NCBI RefSeq assembly: GCF_963921235.1
Contig: NC_086097.1
Coordinates: 223,202,001 to 223,266,000 of the forward strand
Reading direction: 5' to 3'
Length of the DNA stretch: 64,000 nucleotides
Origin: Mobula hypostoma
Taxonomy: Eukaryota
Part shown: positions 1 to 11,635 of the stretch, piece by piece
Layout: every line of letters begins with the position of its first letter
Numbering within the stretch: the stretch's first letter is position 1
Notes under the pieces: model-generated
Told to the model about the DNA's origin: nothing
The model's input: the letters and a program-made list of their open reading frames with translations, nothing else
Database searches by the model: none
Program-made: the position numbers and the translations under genes

Positions 1-190
1 TCGCATGCTTAGGTTGGGATTAACTTATAGTGACCGATTAACCTACCTGATGTGTCAGGACACCCAGAGAAGACCCACACATTCCACATGGAGAGCTCCT
101 TTCACTGCGGCACTGGAATTGAACTCTAAACTACAGAATGCACCGAGCTGTAATAGTATTGTGCTAGCTGCTCGGCTATCATGATGCCCA
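1..190 (-). mobile_element. tRNA-derived SINE (V-SINE/HE1-like), degenerate, cut by the window edge
   Basis: The minus strand reads GGCATCATGATAGC...GAGTTCAATTCC (A/B-box-like), then GTGGGTCTTCTCTGGGTGTCC (V-domain-like). Resembles the copies at 23607 and 39361. Confidence 0.55.
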
Positions 191-598
191 TTCATAAGGC
201 ACAAGTGAAGGAAGCTGATAATTCTCTTGAACGTTGACGGTTTTACTACTTGTTCTAGACCACTCTGATTTATGGTAATCTATCTTTTATTGTACTTTTG
301 ATTCTGTTTTTGCACCTTCTGCCCTTTTTTGTTTTTTGTATCTGAATGTATTTGTATTTAATCCAGTATTTTTATATTGTTTTCCTCTTTAATTAATCCT
401 TCCAGAATCATACCATCTGGACAGGTGCTCAAAGTTTTCAAAAGGAAGTTTTTTTTTTTAAAAAAAAAGCCTATACCTAGATGGTGGCACTTGTATCTAA
501 ACACTTTTGTACCAGACTTTGATTTACAGATTATCTGAAATGTTAAATGGAGAAATGTTGCTGCTTTGGTAATAAAAATGTGTTTGTTTCCATTTCAG

Positions 599-722
599 CA
601 TTATGCCATGGGAAGCAGTCGTATGCATGTACCGTTTTTTGGGTGCAGACAAGTGCATGTATCCATTTATTGCGGAGAGGAAACAGGCTTTGAACAACAA
701 TGAGGCCAAAAACGAAATCTAA
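599..722 (+). CDS. RDH10: Retinol dehydrogenase 10, last coding exon
   Basis: Acceptor tttgtttccatttcag|C at 598/599. Translation (S)[40 protein letters not shown] (TAA 720-722) matches the vertebrate RDH10 C-terminus as I recall it ([41 protein letters not shown]). It is adjacent to STAU2, as in tetrapods. Confidence 0.96.
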
Positions 723-2290
723 AGCAAAACTGATCACTGCATCCATTGGGACCCCTTCCAAGTGAATGCAATATTTAGCTTACCATCTCCACACAACTCA
801 GAATGACAAACATTTGCAGTGATTGGTTGGTTGAACTTAATGCAAATGGCTGTGAAACTTCAGCTTCCATGATCACTGTGGATAAAATGGTTACTGTACC
901 TGTGTATTAAATCAAAATAAATGTATTATGCATTATGCCAATCTTTTTAACTTTTCTAGTGATTAGACTTGTACATGTTAATGTCAACTGAGAAAAGCAA
1001 GGTTTTGATAATTTTAACATTTTACCTTACTCATCAATGCCATTGTGTTTGTTGATAGAGCTGTATTGTACATTGTGTTGAACTAGAGATTGGATTAAAA
1101 AATACTTTAGAATATTCCACTTATAACTTTTTAAATAGTAAATGCACTGTACTTATTGACAACTTGGTTCATCTAAGTACTTCTGTAAATCCTTGATTAT
1201 ACCAATTATAACATTATTACTTGTAAAGCATTGCAAATATCTCCCAATTAATCTTGCAGAACAAATGTGCTCCTGTTCAGCACTAGGAACACTTTTTTAG
1301 GAAAATCTTATTGGTGTGCCTTTTTAAATCCAGTTTAATTATTGTCCTAATTTCTGTGGATTAGTGGTCCATTTTTTTAAAGACCTGAAATTTCTACCTC
1401 CTTTGTATATCTATTTGTAGAACGCCTAAAATAATGTCTTTGTGAATCTTGTGTCACTACTTTTATATGAAGACCAATGTCTGTAGTTTTTTTGGTAATG
1501 TAGCTAATTGTAAAAGTTTTTAATTAAAATGTGATTATTAGATGCATAAATATTGAAATTTTGTGGTGCTTGATAATTGAGAAATTGAGTCTCATGATCA
1601 ATACACATCAGTTGGGTGATGTACGGCTTCATTAGTTGGTTATCTTTCCCTCATCTTCAACGAAATGGTTCTTAAAAGAACTTTGGTGCCCAAATACCCA
1701 GGGACCTTGTCTATGAAATCAGACATCCTAAAATCCAACACACCTTGGAAGAACTTGAAGTGTCCGAATTTTCCTTTTTTTTAAAAAAAAAGGACTTGTG
1801 AATGAGTTACAAACATGAGGAAAATCTACAGATGCTGGAAATCCAAGTAACACACAAAATGCTGGAGGAACTCGGCGTGCCAGGCAGCATCTGTGGAAAA
1901 GAGTAAACAGTCAACATTCTGGCTGAGTCCGAAACATGGACTGTTTATTCATTTCCGTAGATGCTGCCTGGCCTCCTGAGTTCCTTCAGCATTTTGTGCT
2001 GTGCATAAGTTAGTTTTATCATATGGTTTTTTTTACACTGCAAATTTTCTTTACCAATTTTTTCTCATTTTGTGATCCAACACAGATTTTTTCCATGTTA
2101 TATATGTGATAAATCCTTGTGTAGATTACTCTTTGCTACTGTCACTGTTATAGAGGAATTTTTTGTCATTTGTGATATTGCCAAGACAACATTGGTGAAT
2201 TTGAGAATTTGTTGCTTATTTGTACTTAGATGGTATACTTTTAGTTTGATAACTTGATTACAATAAAATGCATTGCTAGAAAATAGAAAT
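723..2290 (+). other. RDH10: Probable RDH10 3' UTR (end uncertain)
   Basis: AU-rich, mostly repeat-free sequence after the stop codon. Candidate poly(A) signals: ATTAAA 906-911, AATAAA 916-921, ATTAAA near 1094 and 1524, AATAAA 2262-2267. Confidence 0.6.
1811..1998. repeat. Palindromic (hairpin) Penelope-associated/MITE-like repeat
   Basis: The arm CACAAAATGCTGGAGGAACTC...CAGGCAGCATCTGTGGAAAAGAGTAAACAGTC (1853-1912) pairs with GACTGTTTATTCATTTCCGTAGATGCTGCCTGG...GAGTTCCTTCAGCATTTTGTG (1939-1998). The same family recurs at 29670, 31066, 33650 and 46385. Confidence 0.85.
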
Positions 2291-5200
2291 GTGTTTTTAG
2301 ATAGAAAACAATACATTTATAAAGTCAAAACTTGATAAGGTATTTGAGAGTGAGAATGAGGTTATGGTTTAAATGCTGGAAAAACTGCATCAGTTCATGT
2401 TGAAGGTTAATGATTGATGGAGCTGGAAAGGGGCCAGAATTTCTGAACAGTACTTTGTTGTCTTCATTTGCCACTCAACCTGCAACAGCATGCCCTTGTA
2501 TGTTAAATCTTAGACAGCTGGGCCATTTTGTCCCAAGTCATCTAGTTAGACATGTCTTTCAAACCCCTTCTGCCTTCCAGTTCGTGCTGCTGTTAAAAGT
2601 TATGAAAAATTACAATCATTCAATCTGTTCACATTTTAAAAGTCAATTATTAGATATTGGTCCATCACAGCAAGTCCCTTTAAAATGAACGATTGCTATT
2701 GCTGGCATATATAGCATCAATTGTCAAATTCCCCATAAGTCTATGGTCCACTGATGGACTATTGCAGAAGTGCATTGTAAATGTGAACATGTGCAATAAT
2801 GGTCCACTTAGTGCTTTGAGTATTCATCATTAAATGAGATCATGGCCAATTCTCCAACTAAAAAGTAGCTGCTTTTTCTATCTCCCAGAATTCAGTTTAA
2901 TGTGGGGGTGGTGTGGAGAGGAGAGAAATCTTCTTTAAATACGAGCTGTTGTCCACAACTCCCTTGGACAGAATTCCAGTGATTTGCTCTCACCTGCAGT
3001 AATTTTTGTCTTAAACAGCTCCATTCTGAGAATGATAGCTGTTTTGTGTACTCTTATCTGGCTGGGGAGGAAAAAAGAATGAATTACTCCAAATTGGCAT
3101 GTTCACCTCTTTCATCCAAACTCCTGAAAAAAGACTAGCTTCTGCTCTTTAACCTTTTACCCACTACAATGCCAGAGAATTGAGTAAAGAAGTTTGACTA
3201 CAATTATGGGTTTTGGTAAGATGACATCATTTCTAGAAACTAGTCTGGTGAGACTTTACATAATTATAGAAGTGCAAGTCTTTGTGCCTAGAGAATTAAA
3301 TTTTAGATAGATACCAGTTTTCTATTTGTATTCCTAAATGACTCGTGTTCCTACACTTGGTTTTTACTGCTTGTACTCAAGGATACCCAGACATTGCTTC
3401 TCAACTCCAGGCCTTAAAAGTTGACATCTGTTTTCCACTGCATTGTCCTCATTGACAGTAATATTGAGCAATGAAATGGGAATTTTTTTTTTCATTTTTC
3501 CTAAACTTCAGTGCCAGGCTATCTGTCCAACTTGGGCAGGAAAAGTTAAGACATGAATAGTACGCAAAACTAGGCATTTTCATTGGCTGATGTGAGATGT
3601 AAATGAAATGGAAAAGTTGTCAATATATTACCAAACAACTTGTATTGAACTTCTGAATTACTTCAACCATTAGAATCTGAGGCTAGACTTTGGAAAGGGT
3701 CCTTTTACACAGGGTTTTTGCCCCCTTTTGTGTACAACCATCTTAAGGGGAGAAAGCTTTGACATTTGGTGTATAGTTAAATATTTTTGTAATGTTTGAT
3801 ATATGCTGTCAGTATATCTGGTAAAGTCCTGTGGCCAAGGATCAATCCTATTGAATAATCTTTGCTTTTCAAAAACTCCTTCAAATTCCTCTTCAAAGGA
3901 AATGGCATTCTGCTCTCTCCATCTGCCAGTTCCAGATCTCATTTAACAATTTATTGTAGTGGAATCAGTATTCTTTCAGAAGGCGAAGGCACAAGCCCAA
4001 TCAGCATGTACGGTACAGAGTTATTTGAATTTTGATAAAAGTTTGGGGTTTTGCCCACCTATTTTAAGGTAAGTTCACTTTAGTTAATTATCATTTCAGT
4101 TTAATCTGCATTGAAGAAACAAAGTGGAATCTACCAATTCAAATCTAAGGTTTCTTATGTTGTGTTAAATTTCTGTCAAGTAAACTATTCTATCATTGCA
4201 AATGTAGATGAGCTGTAACATTCATTCACAAGCTTTAGCTTGTAATTGCTAGAATTTGTCCTGATGCCAAAATACTGTATCATAAAGTGAATTGCTAAAT
4301 GAATATTGAGGTTTTCTGATGTACTTTCCCTTCATTAGGCACTCTGAGTTGCGTATACTCAGCTTTGAGTATTATTCATGAAGTTAGTGTACCTGGAATA
4401 CAAAAGCATTGCAGCAATCCAATTCTTCAATGCTGTATTCACCTTGCCATTGAACAAGGTTTAAAATACACCACCAACCTGCAGTAAGACTGTCGCCATT
4501 TTCACTTCCTTTAATGAAATTCTCAACTTCCAAACATTTTACTGCAAAATTGAGTATTTGTCCTGTAGTTGTAATTAGAAATGTTCACTAAATTTTGAAA
4601 ATACAAAATTAATAAAAATAATCAATTCATAGCATTTCTGAAGAGATTTATAACTAATGATTTACTTAATTTGACTGCTCTTCTCTTTCCAAAGAACTTA
4701 GCTTGATTTGAAGACTACTCACTATTAGGCCCTCAACATTTAATACTAAAAATCTGTTTTATTTGAAGGCCTTTTATCTTGCTTGCTAGCTCTTGGATTC
4801 TATTTTCACTTTGCATTGGACTATTTCAGTGGAATCTGCTCTGAGTAAATCTATACTACCTGGATGCTCTGTAAAATGTTATTCCTATTCAACGCTATAA
4901 TTGTATGACTTTTACAATGAATGGTGCCTTTTGACCCAGCTCTACTCTAGTCTAAATCCTAGATGCTCATTTATTTAATATTTCAAAATATAAAAGGTTT
5001 ATCTAACACCAGATGAAATGTACTGAAATAAAGACCAGTTTGATTTTTTTTCTGGTAAAAATGCATATGACAGCACATCAAATTGTATAAAATGATCTAC
5101 TGATAAATATTCATGTCCAACTCAAATGTACCATATAACCATTTTGGAATGATACTATAATTCTGTCTTGGATACAGCACATGTTATTGAACTTTACAGA

Positions 5201-5499
5201 ACCACGAATAACTTTTCAGTTGTTGACTCCATTAGATACTTGTTAATTGTTTAAAGGTAATTGATTTGAAATAGTTTTAAACAATTTTGTGATCAGTATA
5301 AAAGTACTTTCATTAAATGCTTTGTGATGATATCTTGAAAGACTCTAACAACCTTAAATATCTGATTTATAGTCTGACTTTTAGATGACTAACCTTCATT
5401 ATCAAGTACAGTAGGTTTTGAACTTGCATCATCAAAACATCTACCTCAAGTAGTGCAACAGTCTGTCAAAAAATAATTTTTTGTCAACAGCAGATGTCA

Positions 5500-5690
5500 T
5501 CTGTGCATGGAATGGGCTGCTGGCAATGGTGGTGGAGGCAGATACAATAGGGTCTTAAAGAGACTGTTGGATAAGTACGAGGAGCTTAGAAAAACAGAGG
5601 GCTATAGGTAACCCCAGGTAATTTCTAAAGTAAATACATATTCAGCTCAGCATTGGGCCGAAGGGCCTGTATTGTGCTGTAGGTTTTTTA
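5500..5690 (+). mobile_element. CR1 LINE 3' end fragment
   Basis: Similar to 31190-31510 and 58900-59290; ends GGCCGAAGGGCCTGTATTGTGCTGTAGG. Confidence 0.7.
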
Positions 5691-5696
5691 TTTTAA

Positions 5697-6310
5697 TGGG
5701 AATTGGAATTAAAATGGTTAGCCACTAGGAAATTTTACTTTTTTGAGACTGAGTGGAGGTGCTGAACAAAGTGATTCCCACAATTTACGTTGGGTCTCAC
5801 CAATGTAGAGGTCGTTGTACTGGGAGCACCAGATACGTGTTACCCCAATGGAATCGCAGGTGAAGTGTTGCCTCACATGGAAGGACTGTTTGAGGCCCTA
5901 AATGGAGGCGAGGGAGGAGGTGAATAGGTGGGTGTAGCACTTCTGTCACTTTCAGGGTACATGCCAGGAGGGAGATTAGTAGGGAGGGAAGAATAGACAA
6001 GAGAATCACGGAAGGAGTGATCCTTGTAGAAGCAGAGAGTGGGTGGGCAGTAAAGATGTGTTTGGTGCTAGGGTTCTATTGAAGATGGCGGAAGTTGTGG
6101 AGAATTATGTGCTGGATCATGGATGAGGATAAGAGGAACTCTATCCCTGTTCAGGCAGTTGGAAGATGGGGTGAGCGTGGATGGTCAGAGAACGGAGGCG
6201 ATGCCGGTGTAAGCAGCATCAATGGTGGGGGAAGAGAAACCTTGTTCTTTGAAGGAGGAGGAAAACCTCATCCTGGGAAGAGATGCGCTGGAGATGAAAG
6301 AATGAAGAGA
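5697..6310 (-). mobile_element. Penelope-like element remnant (GIY-YIG endonuclease region)
   Basis: My minus-strand translation of about 5790-5900 gives GLKQSFHVRQHFTCDSIGVTRIWCSQYNDLYIGETQRKL, containing the YIGET motif of the PLE GIY-YIG endonuclease. Confidence 0.75.
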
Positions 6311-6384
6311 AGGGGATAGTACTTTAACTAATATTCTATCACATTGTTGAAGCAAATGCTGACGTGAATGCAGGAAGGCAATAA

Positions 6385-6820
6385 TGCAGAACATACAGCA
6401 TTAAAGGCCCTTCAGTCCATGATGTTGACCTTTTAAGTCACTCAAAGAACAATCTAACCTTTCCCTCCTACATAACTCTTCATTTTACTATCATCCATAT
6501 GCCTATCTAAGGGTTTCATAACTGTCCCAACTGTATCTGACTTTACCACCATCCTGAGCAGGGTGTTCCACTATGTGTTTAAAAAAACTTACCTCTGACA
6601 TCTTTCTCTCCCCCCCCTCCCCCTATCATCTTTAAGTTATGCCCCTCCTATTAGCCACTTCTGCTGTGGGGGAAAAAAACTCTCTGGCTATCTACTCGAT
6701 CTATGATCTTGTATATCTCTATTAACTAAGTCAGCTCATCCTCCACTCCAAAGAGAGGAGTCCTGGTTCACTCAGCCATTTTTCATACAACATGCTCTCT
6801 AATCCAGGCAGCATCCATTA
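6385..6820 (-). mobile_element. CR1 LINE 3' fragment, degenerate
   Basis: Similar to the host element at 41850-44470 (aaaaaacttacc.ctgacat, catgctc..caatccaggca.catcc). Confidence 0.65.
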
Positions 6821-7039
6821 GCATGTCACTGTTGTCCTGGGCATTATCAGTTGAGGACCGTGCACAGAGGAGGATGATACAGGTGTTCCTAAGCCAAAAA
6901 CCATGCATGAGAGATTCACTCTCAGCAGAAGTCCAAAACTACAGCATTCAAATCCAGTGACCCTGACCTATATAAAATGGAGATATGACCTTGGTAGAGC
7001 TATCTGGGATGCCAGGAGACAATACCAGTCCAAAATGGA

Positions 7040-8400
7040 GTCTCAGACTAGCTGTCAGTAGGCTTACAAACCAGAACAGGGTGGAGATAGGGAGCCTAGT
7101 GTTATGGTGTCATGACAATTACCTTTCCCTCAATATCAGTGACACAAAAGAATTGGGAAAGGTCATTGTCATGACACCATACCACGAAGCTCCCTATCTC
7201 CACCCTGTTCTCTGATTCATCATTTATATTCAGCCCACTATGCTGGTGAGAAAGGGGCATAGTCCACACAATTCTGTTCACATTAATGGTGCCCAGGTCA
7301 AAGAGCTTGGAAGTCTTGGGTTTTTAGGAGTGACTATCACCAAAATCCCATCCTGGCCCAATCACAGACATGTCCACGAAAGCTCACCAGTGCCTGTACT
7401 TTCTCAGAAGGCTAAACAAATTTAGCATGTTCTCTTTGACCCTAATTTTTTATCAATGCATCACAGAGGGCATCCTACCTGGATGCATCACTGTTTGGAA
7501 TGGCAACTGCTCTGGCCAAGCCTGCAAGCAACTGCAGAGAGGTATGGACACCCCTCAGTACATCACTGAAGCCAACTTCCCTTCCATGGATTCTGTCTAC
7601 ACTTCTCACTTCCTCAGTACAGCAGCCAATATAGCAAAGATATCACCCACCCAGACATTCTCTCTTCTCCCCTGTCAAAAGGTTGAAAGCAGGCTCAAGG
7701 ACAGTTTACAACCTGCTATCATCAGACTGTTGAATGGTCTCAGTTCAACAAGGTGGACTCTTGACTTTACAATATACTTTTCATGCCTTTGTACCTTATT
7801 GTCTGCCTGCACTGTCCTTAAGGCTGATTTATACTTGTGCGTACGGGCTGTGCTGTAGCTTACGCCGTATCCTACACTGTTGTGAGCATTTATACTTGTG
7901 CATTGGTGTGTCTGCGTCACTCTGCAATTGGGGTTTCTATGCCACTGTGTTGAGTTTCTTCCTGTACTTCAAACAATGGTGATTGAAACTGAGCACATCA
8001 TGTTGGAGTTGGAGCTAATAAGTGTTGAAGAAGTTTCTTCTCTCTCAATTCTCAAATGGCAGAGAAGCAGCAGCAATCGGAAATGCGTAGGAGGAAATGC
8101 GATGCTACCAAGCGGACCAATCACAGTTGTTGCGGTGTGCGTCGCCGCGATGCGTGGTTACATTTTGGGAGAGGTGCACGTTAGGCTATGGCGTAGAGTA
8201 CAGCATAGGATACATGGCTATGCCATACTTACAGCATACATTTGACACAAGTATAAATTGGGCTTTACTCTGCATTCTGTTTTTGCTTTTCCCTTGTAAA
8301 TTACTGCAATATCACCTGAATATACTGATGTGATGAAATGATCTGTGTAATGGCCTGCATGATGTAGTGTTTTGCTATACTTTGGTACCTGTAACACTAT
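7040..8400 (+). mobile_element. Rex1/Babar-like LINE 3' fragment, interrupted by a MITE
   Basis: ORF 7370-7858 KAHQCLYFLRRLNKF...YQCITEGILPGCITVWNGNC is the typical C-terminal region of this clade. Confidence 0.75.
7821..8264. mobile_element. MITE with terminal inverted repeats and TTA target duplication (PIF/Harbinger-like)
   Basis: Left end AGGCTGATTTATACTTGTG, right end CACAAGTATAAATTGGGCT. TTA flanks both sides (7818-7820 and 8265-8267). No transposase ORF. Confidence 0.75.
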
Positions 8401-8419
8401 GAAACCCGTTTACCAACTT

Positions 8420-9423
8420 TAAGGCAATAAGGATTGCATTTAAATAAAGACACAAGACCAAATTACTCATGAACTGATGTGGTTTTACTGCATTTGGGCA
8501 ATTATTAATCCAAAAATAACCAACCTGTTCAAACTTCAACCATTCTTCTGTCCAATGACAACATCCATCATGTTTAACTGTACTTGTTATCTTTACTGTA
8601 CATGTCGACCTTGCTTTCTATCAAGGATACTTCATTTACACAGCTCCGAATGCAGTTATTAAAAACACTCAGTTGATGCACACAGTGGGTTGTACAACAC
8701 ACAGAATGGGTGTAAATGTGTTTCACAGAACAGAGGAGCAAAGGATACAAAATGTTACTGCTTGGCAAATCACCTCACACTCCCGTGATGGTGATGTAAA
8801 TCAAACCGCGTAACTGCCTTCCTGGAGTATAATCTTTAAATTACACTGATCAGTGTTACCATCGGTTCATTATCAATAAGCATTTTGTGTGATTCAGTTT
8901 TCACCTCTGTATACAAGTTGAGTAGCAATCTGTATCTTAATCATATATATGCATATAGAATGATAAATGCTTATATCATCATAAAGGATAAACTGAATGA
9001 CTATATATGAAGACAACAACTACATCTCTCATAGCATTGCCATTGGTTAACTTTTAAATGCTGAAGCATAAAAAGCAGAAACTGAAGCTACACTATGGAA
9101 AATTGGTAGTTAATGAAACAATAGTGAGTATTTATAGCCAATGGTGAAACATTTGTCTTACCACTTTAAAGAAAAACACTGTTCACTAAAAACTGATATA
9201 CAAGCTTAGCAGCATGATAGCAAATCTACTGCTAACAGGCAACCATCACATGTATTTATTTTGCTTTGCAAAGGGGAATCTTTACACTCTGGTCATTTCC
9301 CATGAGATTAATGCTACCATGCATTTATTTTCTTGCATTCTATTATTGTTGTCTTCACATAGATTCATATAATGGTATAGGTCATTTCCTCATACACATA
9401 CACCCTATTGCGTGTTGACAGCT
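8420..9423 (-). other. STAU2: Probable STAU2 3' UTR (end uncertain)
   Basis: Repeat-free, AU-rich sequence downstream of the STAU2 stop. Minus-strand AATAAA candidates near 9255 and 9324. Confidence 0.5.
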
Positions 9424-9556
9424 TTATAAGGATGCAGTGGCAGCCGTGGGTGCGACAGGCTCCTTTACGACAGCCTTTGAATCCTTGCAGTCCTGAGCTG
9501 TGGTGCCTGAGTTAGCCTGTTTATAGTCAGTATTTTGTACCAGATGTTTGACTTGT
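9424..9556 (-). CDS. STAU2: Staufen homolog 2, last coding exon
   Basis: Acceptor ttcatctttacag|A. In phase with the upstream exon (AT+A=Ile). Encodes QVKHLVQNTDYKQANSGTTAQDCKDSKAVVKEPVAPTAATASL*, similar to recalled human QAKHLREKADNNQAPPGSIAQDCKKSNSAV. Confidence 0.9.
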
Positions 9557-9709
9557 CTGTAAAGATGAATTGATCCAAATTAGTTTTAAAACCTGAGGCA
9601 GAAAGTATTAATGTCGAAAATTTCAACAGGTTACAAGGCACATAACAGTGAACTCTATGTTTAAAAAATTAAACACACTATGATTAAAATTTACTTGAGA
9701 TACTATAAC

Positions 9710-10302
9710 TGTGGCTCAGTGGCAGAAAAAAGTGGGTCCAAATGCAACCAGAGAACAAAGACCAGAAGAGTTATCATTTACACTCGAGCCACTGAATGGA
9801 TGTTCGTGGTCTTCTGCTGCTATAACCCAACCACTTCCAGATTCAACATATTGTGCATTCAGAGATGCTCTTCTGCACACCACTGTTGTAATGGATAGTT
9901 ATTTGAGTTACTGCCTCCTTCCTGTCAGCTTGAATCAGTCTGGCTCTTTTCCTCTGACCCCTCTCGTTAAAGTGTTTTCACCCACAGAATTGCCACTAAC
10001 TGGAATTTTTTTTGTTTTTAACACCTTTTTCTGTAAACTCCAGAGTCTGTTGAGTGTGAAAATCCCAAGACATCAGCAGTTTCTGAGATACTCAAATCAC
10101 TCCGTCTGGCACCAAGAATCATTCTACAGAAAAACTCACTTAGATCACATTTCTTCCCATCTGTCTGAACAACAACTGAACCTCTTGAGCATGTCTACAT
10201 ACTTTTATGTATTGAGTTGCGGACACAGGGTTTGGCTGATCAGCTATTCGCATTAATAAGCATGTTGTACAGGCAGATCCAATATCAGGGGCACTGAGTG
10301 TA
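9710..10302 (-). mobile_element. Tc1/mariner DNA transposon remnant (internally deleted)
   Basis: The minus strand near 10030-10115 encodes GARRSDLSISETADVLGFSHSTDSGVYRK, a Tc1 HTH-like segment. A degenerate TIR-like end ...GCACTGAGTGTA sits at about 10290-10302. Confidence 0.7.
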
Positions 10303-11635
10303 TGTTCTGGTCAATATTTGTCCCTCGGCCAACTTGAAACAAAATGATTTCTCTGAAGCAGGTTGTGGTCTAAATCTCATCAGATAGCCCTACATGGGCA
10401 AATTGTAGAACTGCAACGTATGAGAAAATCACTGTGCGCTATTTATGGGACATTATTGTAGATTTGATCTCTAATAATAGTGAACTGGTATAATCACAGC
10501 AGGAATGACCATTTCCACAGCATAAAATTCAAGATCCAAATTTTTCAATACACATTTTATTTTATCTTTCATGATTTATTTCATTTAGGTTCTGGCAAGA
10601 GATCTGTAAGAATGTAAAAGCATTAAATGTAGACTGTAATTTTAAAATTACAAGGGTTGATGTGTAGTACAGGAGTAATTACTGCCGCCATAGCCAAATG
10701 GCCAGGCAACATTCACAGACGGCTCGCTTACTGCCCAAGCGCCAGGACACTCGGTGCCTCCCAACACCATTGCAGTCGCACTACAGCACATTAAAATGTC
10801 AGAAGCCGTGGTTAAGAAAATATCTGGGAACTGCTTAAGAAAATAATTGCATGTTTTGCAATTGTGAAGCAGTCATTTAATATCATCTTGATGTCAGTTT
10901 GTTCTCAGAGCATTGAACTTTATATTTAACAAAGCAAGTAATTTGCAAGTAAATGTATTTTCTGGGGTGAAGGACATGAGGGCCATCTCATTTTATTTCT
11001 ACATTAATGATATGAAAGTTTTGTACCATTATGCATAGGCAGAGCTATATGCATGAAAGGTATCAAAAATATGCTGATAGTTTAGGCATAGATGAAATAG
11101 GTAGGTTTCAAAAACAAATTATATGTGCAAGTTTTAATTAAAAATTTGTATTACTTTGCATGATTTGACAGTTTTTTTTAATGTCCATTAATCTGTACCA
11201 ATTCTCTCTTTTGGGAAGGAATATGGTTGAAAGTCTTCCTGTGAACTTTGACAAAACAATTTACTGGCAATGCTTGGGCAGATGAGAGAGGAAGTTCAAG
11301 GAACTGAAAATATTATACAAAGAAAAAGTCAAATAAAATTAACCCGGCAAGACAGATTCTGACACAAAGGCCTCAAGAAATCCTTCACCTGGACTCAGGT
11401 AACTTAAAAGGTTATCTATAAATTCATAGGGAACTTGCTATCTGAGTAAATCGCATAATGTAACTAAGAACAACCCCACTCTCCTGGGTCTCTGAGGGTG
11501 CAAAGCCTGAGCTGAACTCACATAACAATGAGTGCAACATTAGAAGAGGTTTCTCAGCTTTGGGGAATCTTAACAGTAATCATGCTAGATTAAAGTAGAT
11601 TCAATGTAATGGGAATACCTGGGGGGGAAAGTAAA

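Noticed and set aside
449..468. T-run followed by an A-run (also about 1774-1791)
   Set aside because: A simple low-complexity palindrome with no evidence of function.
9711..10256. 181-aa plus-strand ORF
   Set aside because: It is the antisense frame of a Tc1 remnant with no recognisable protein.
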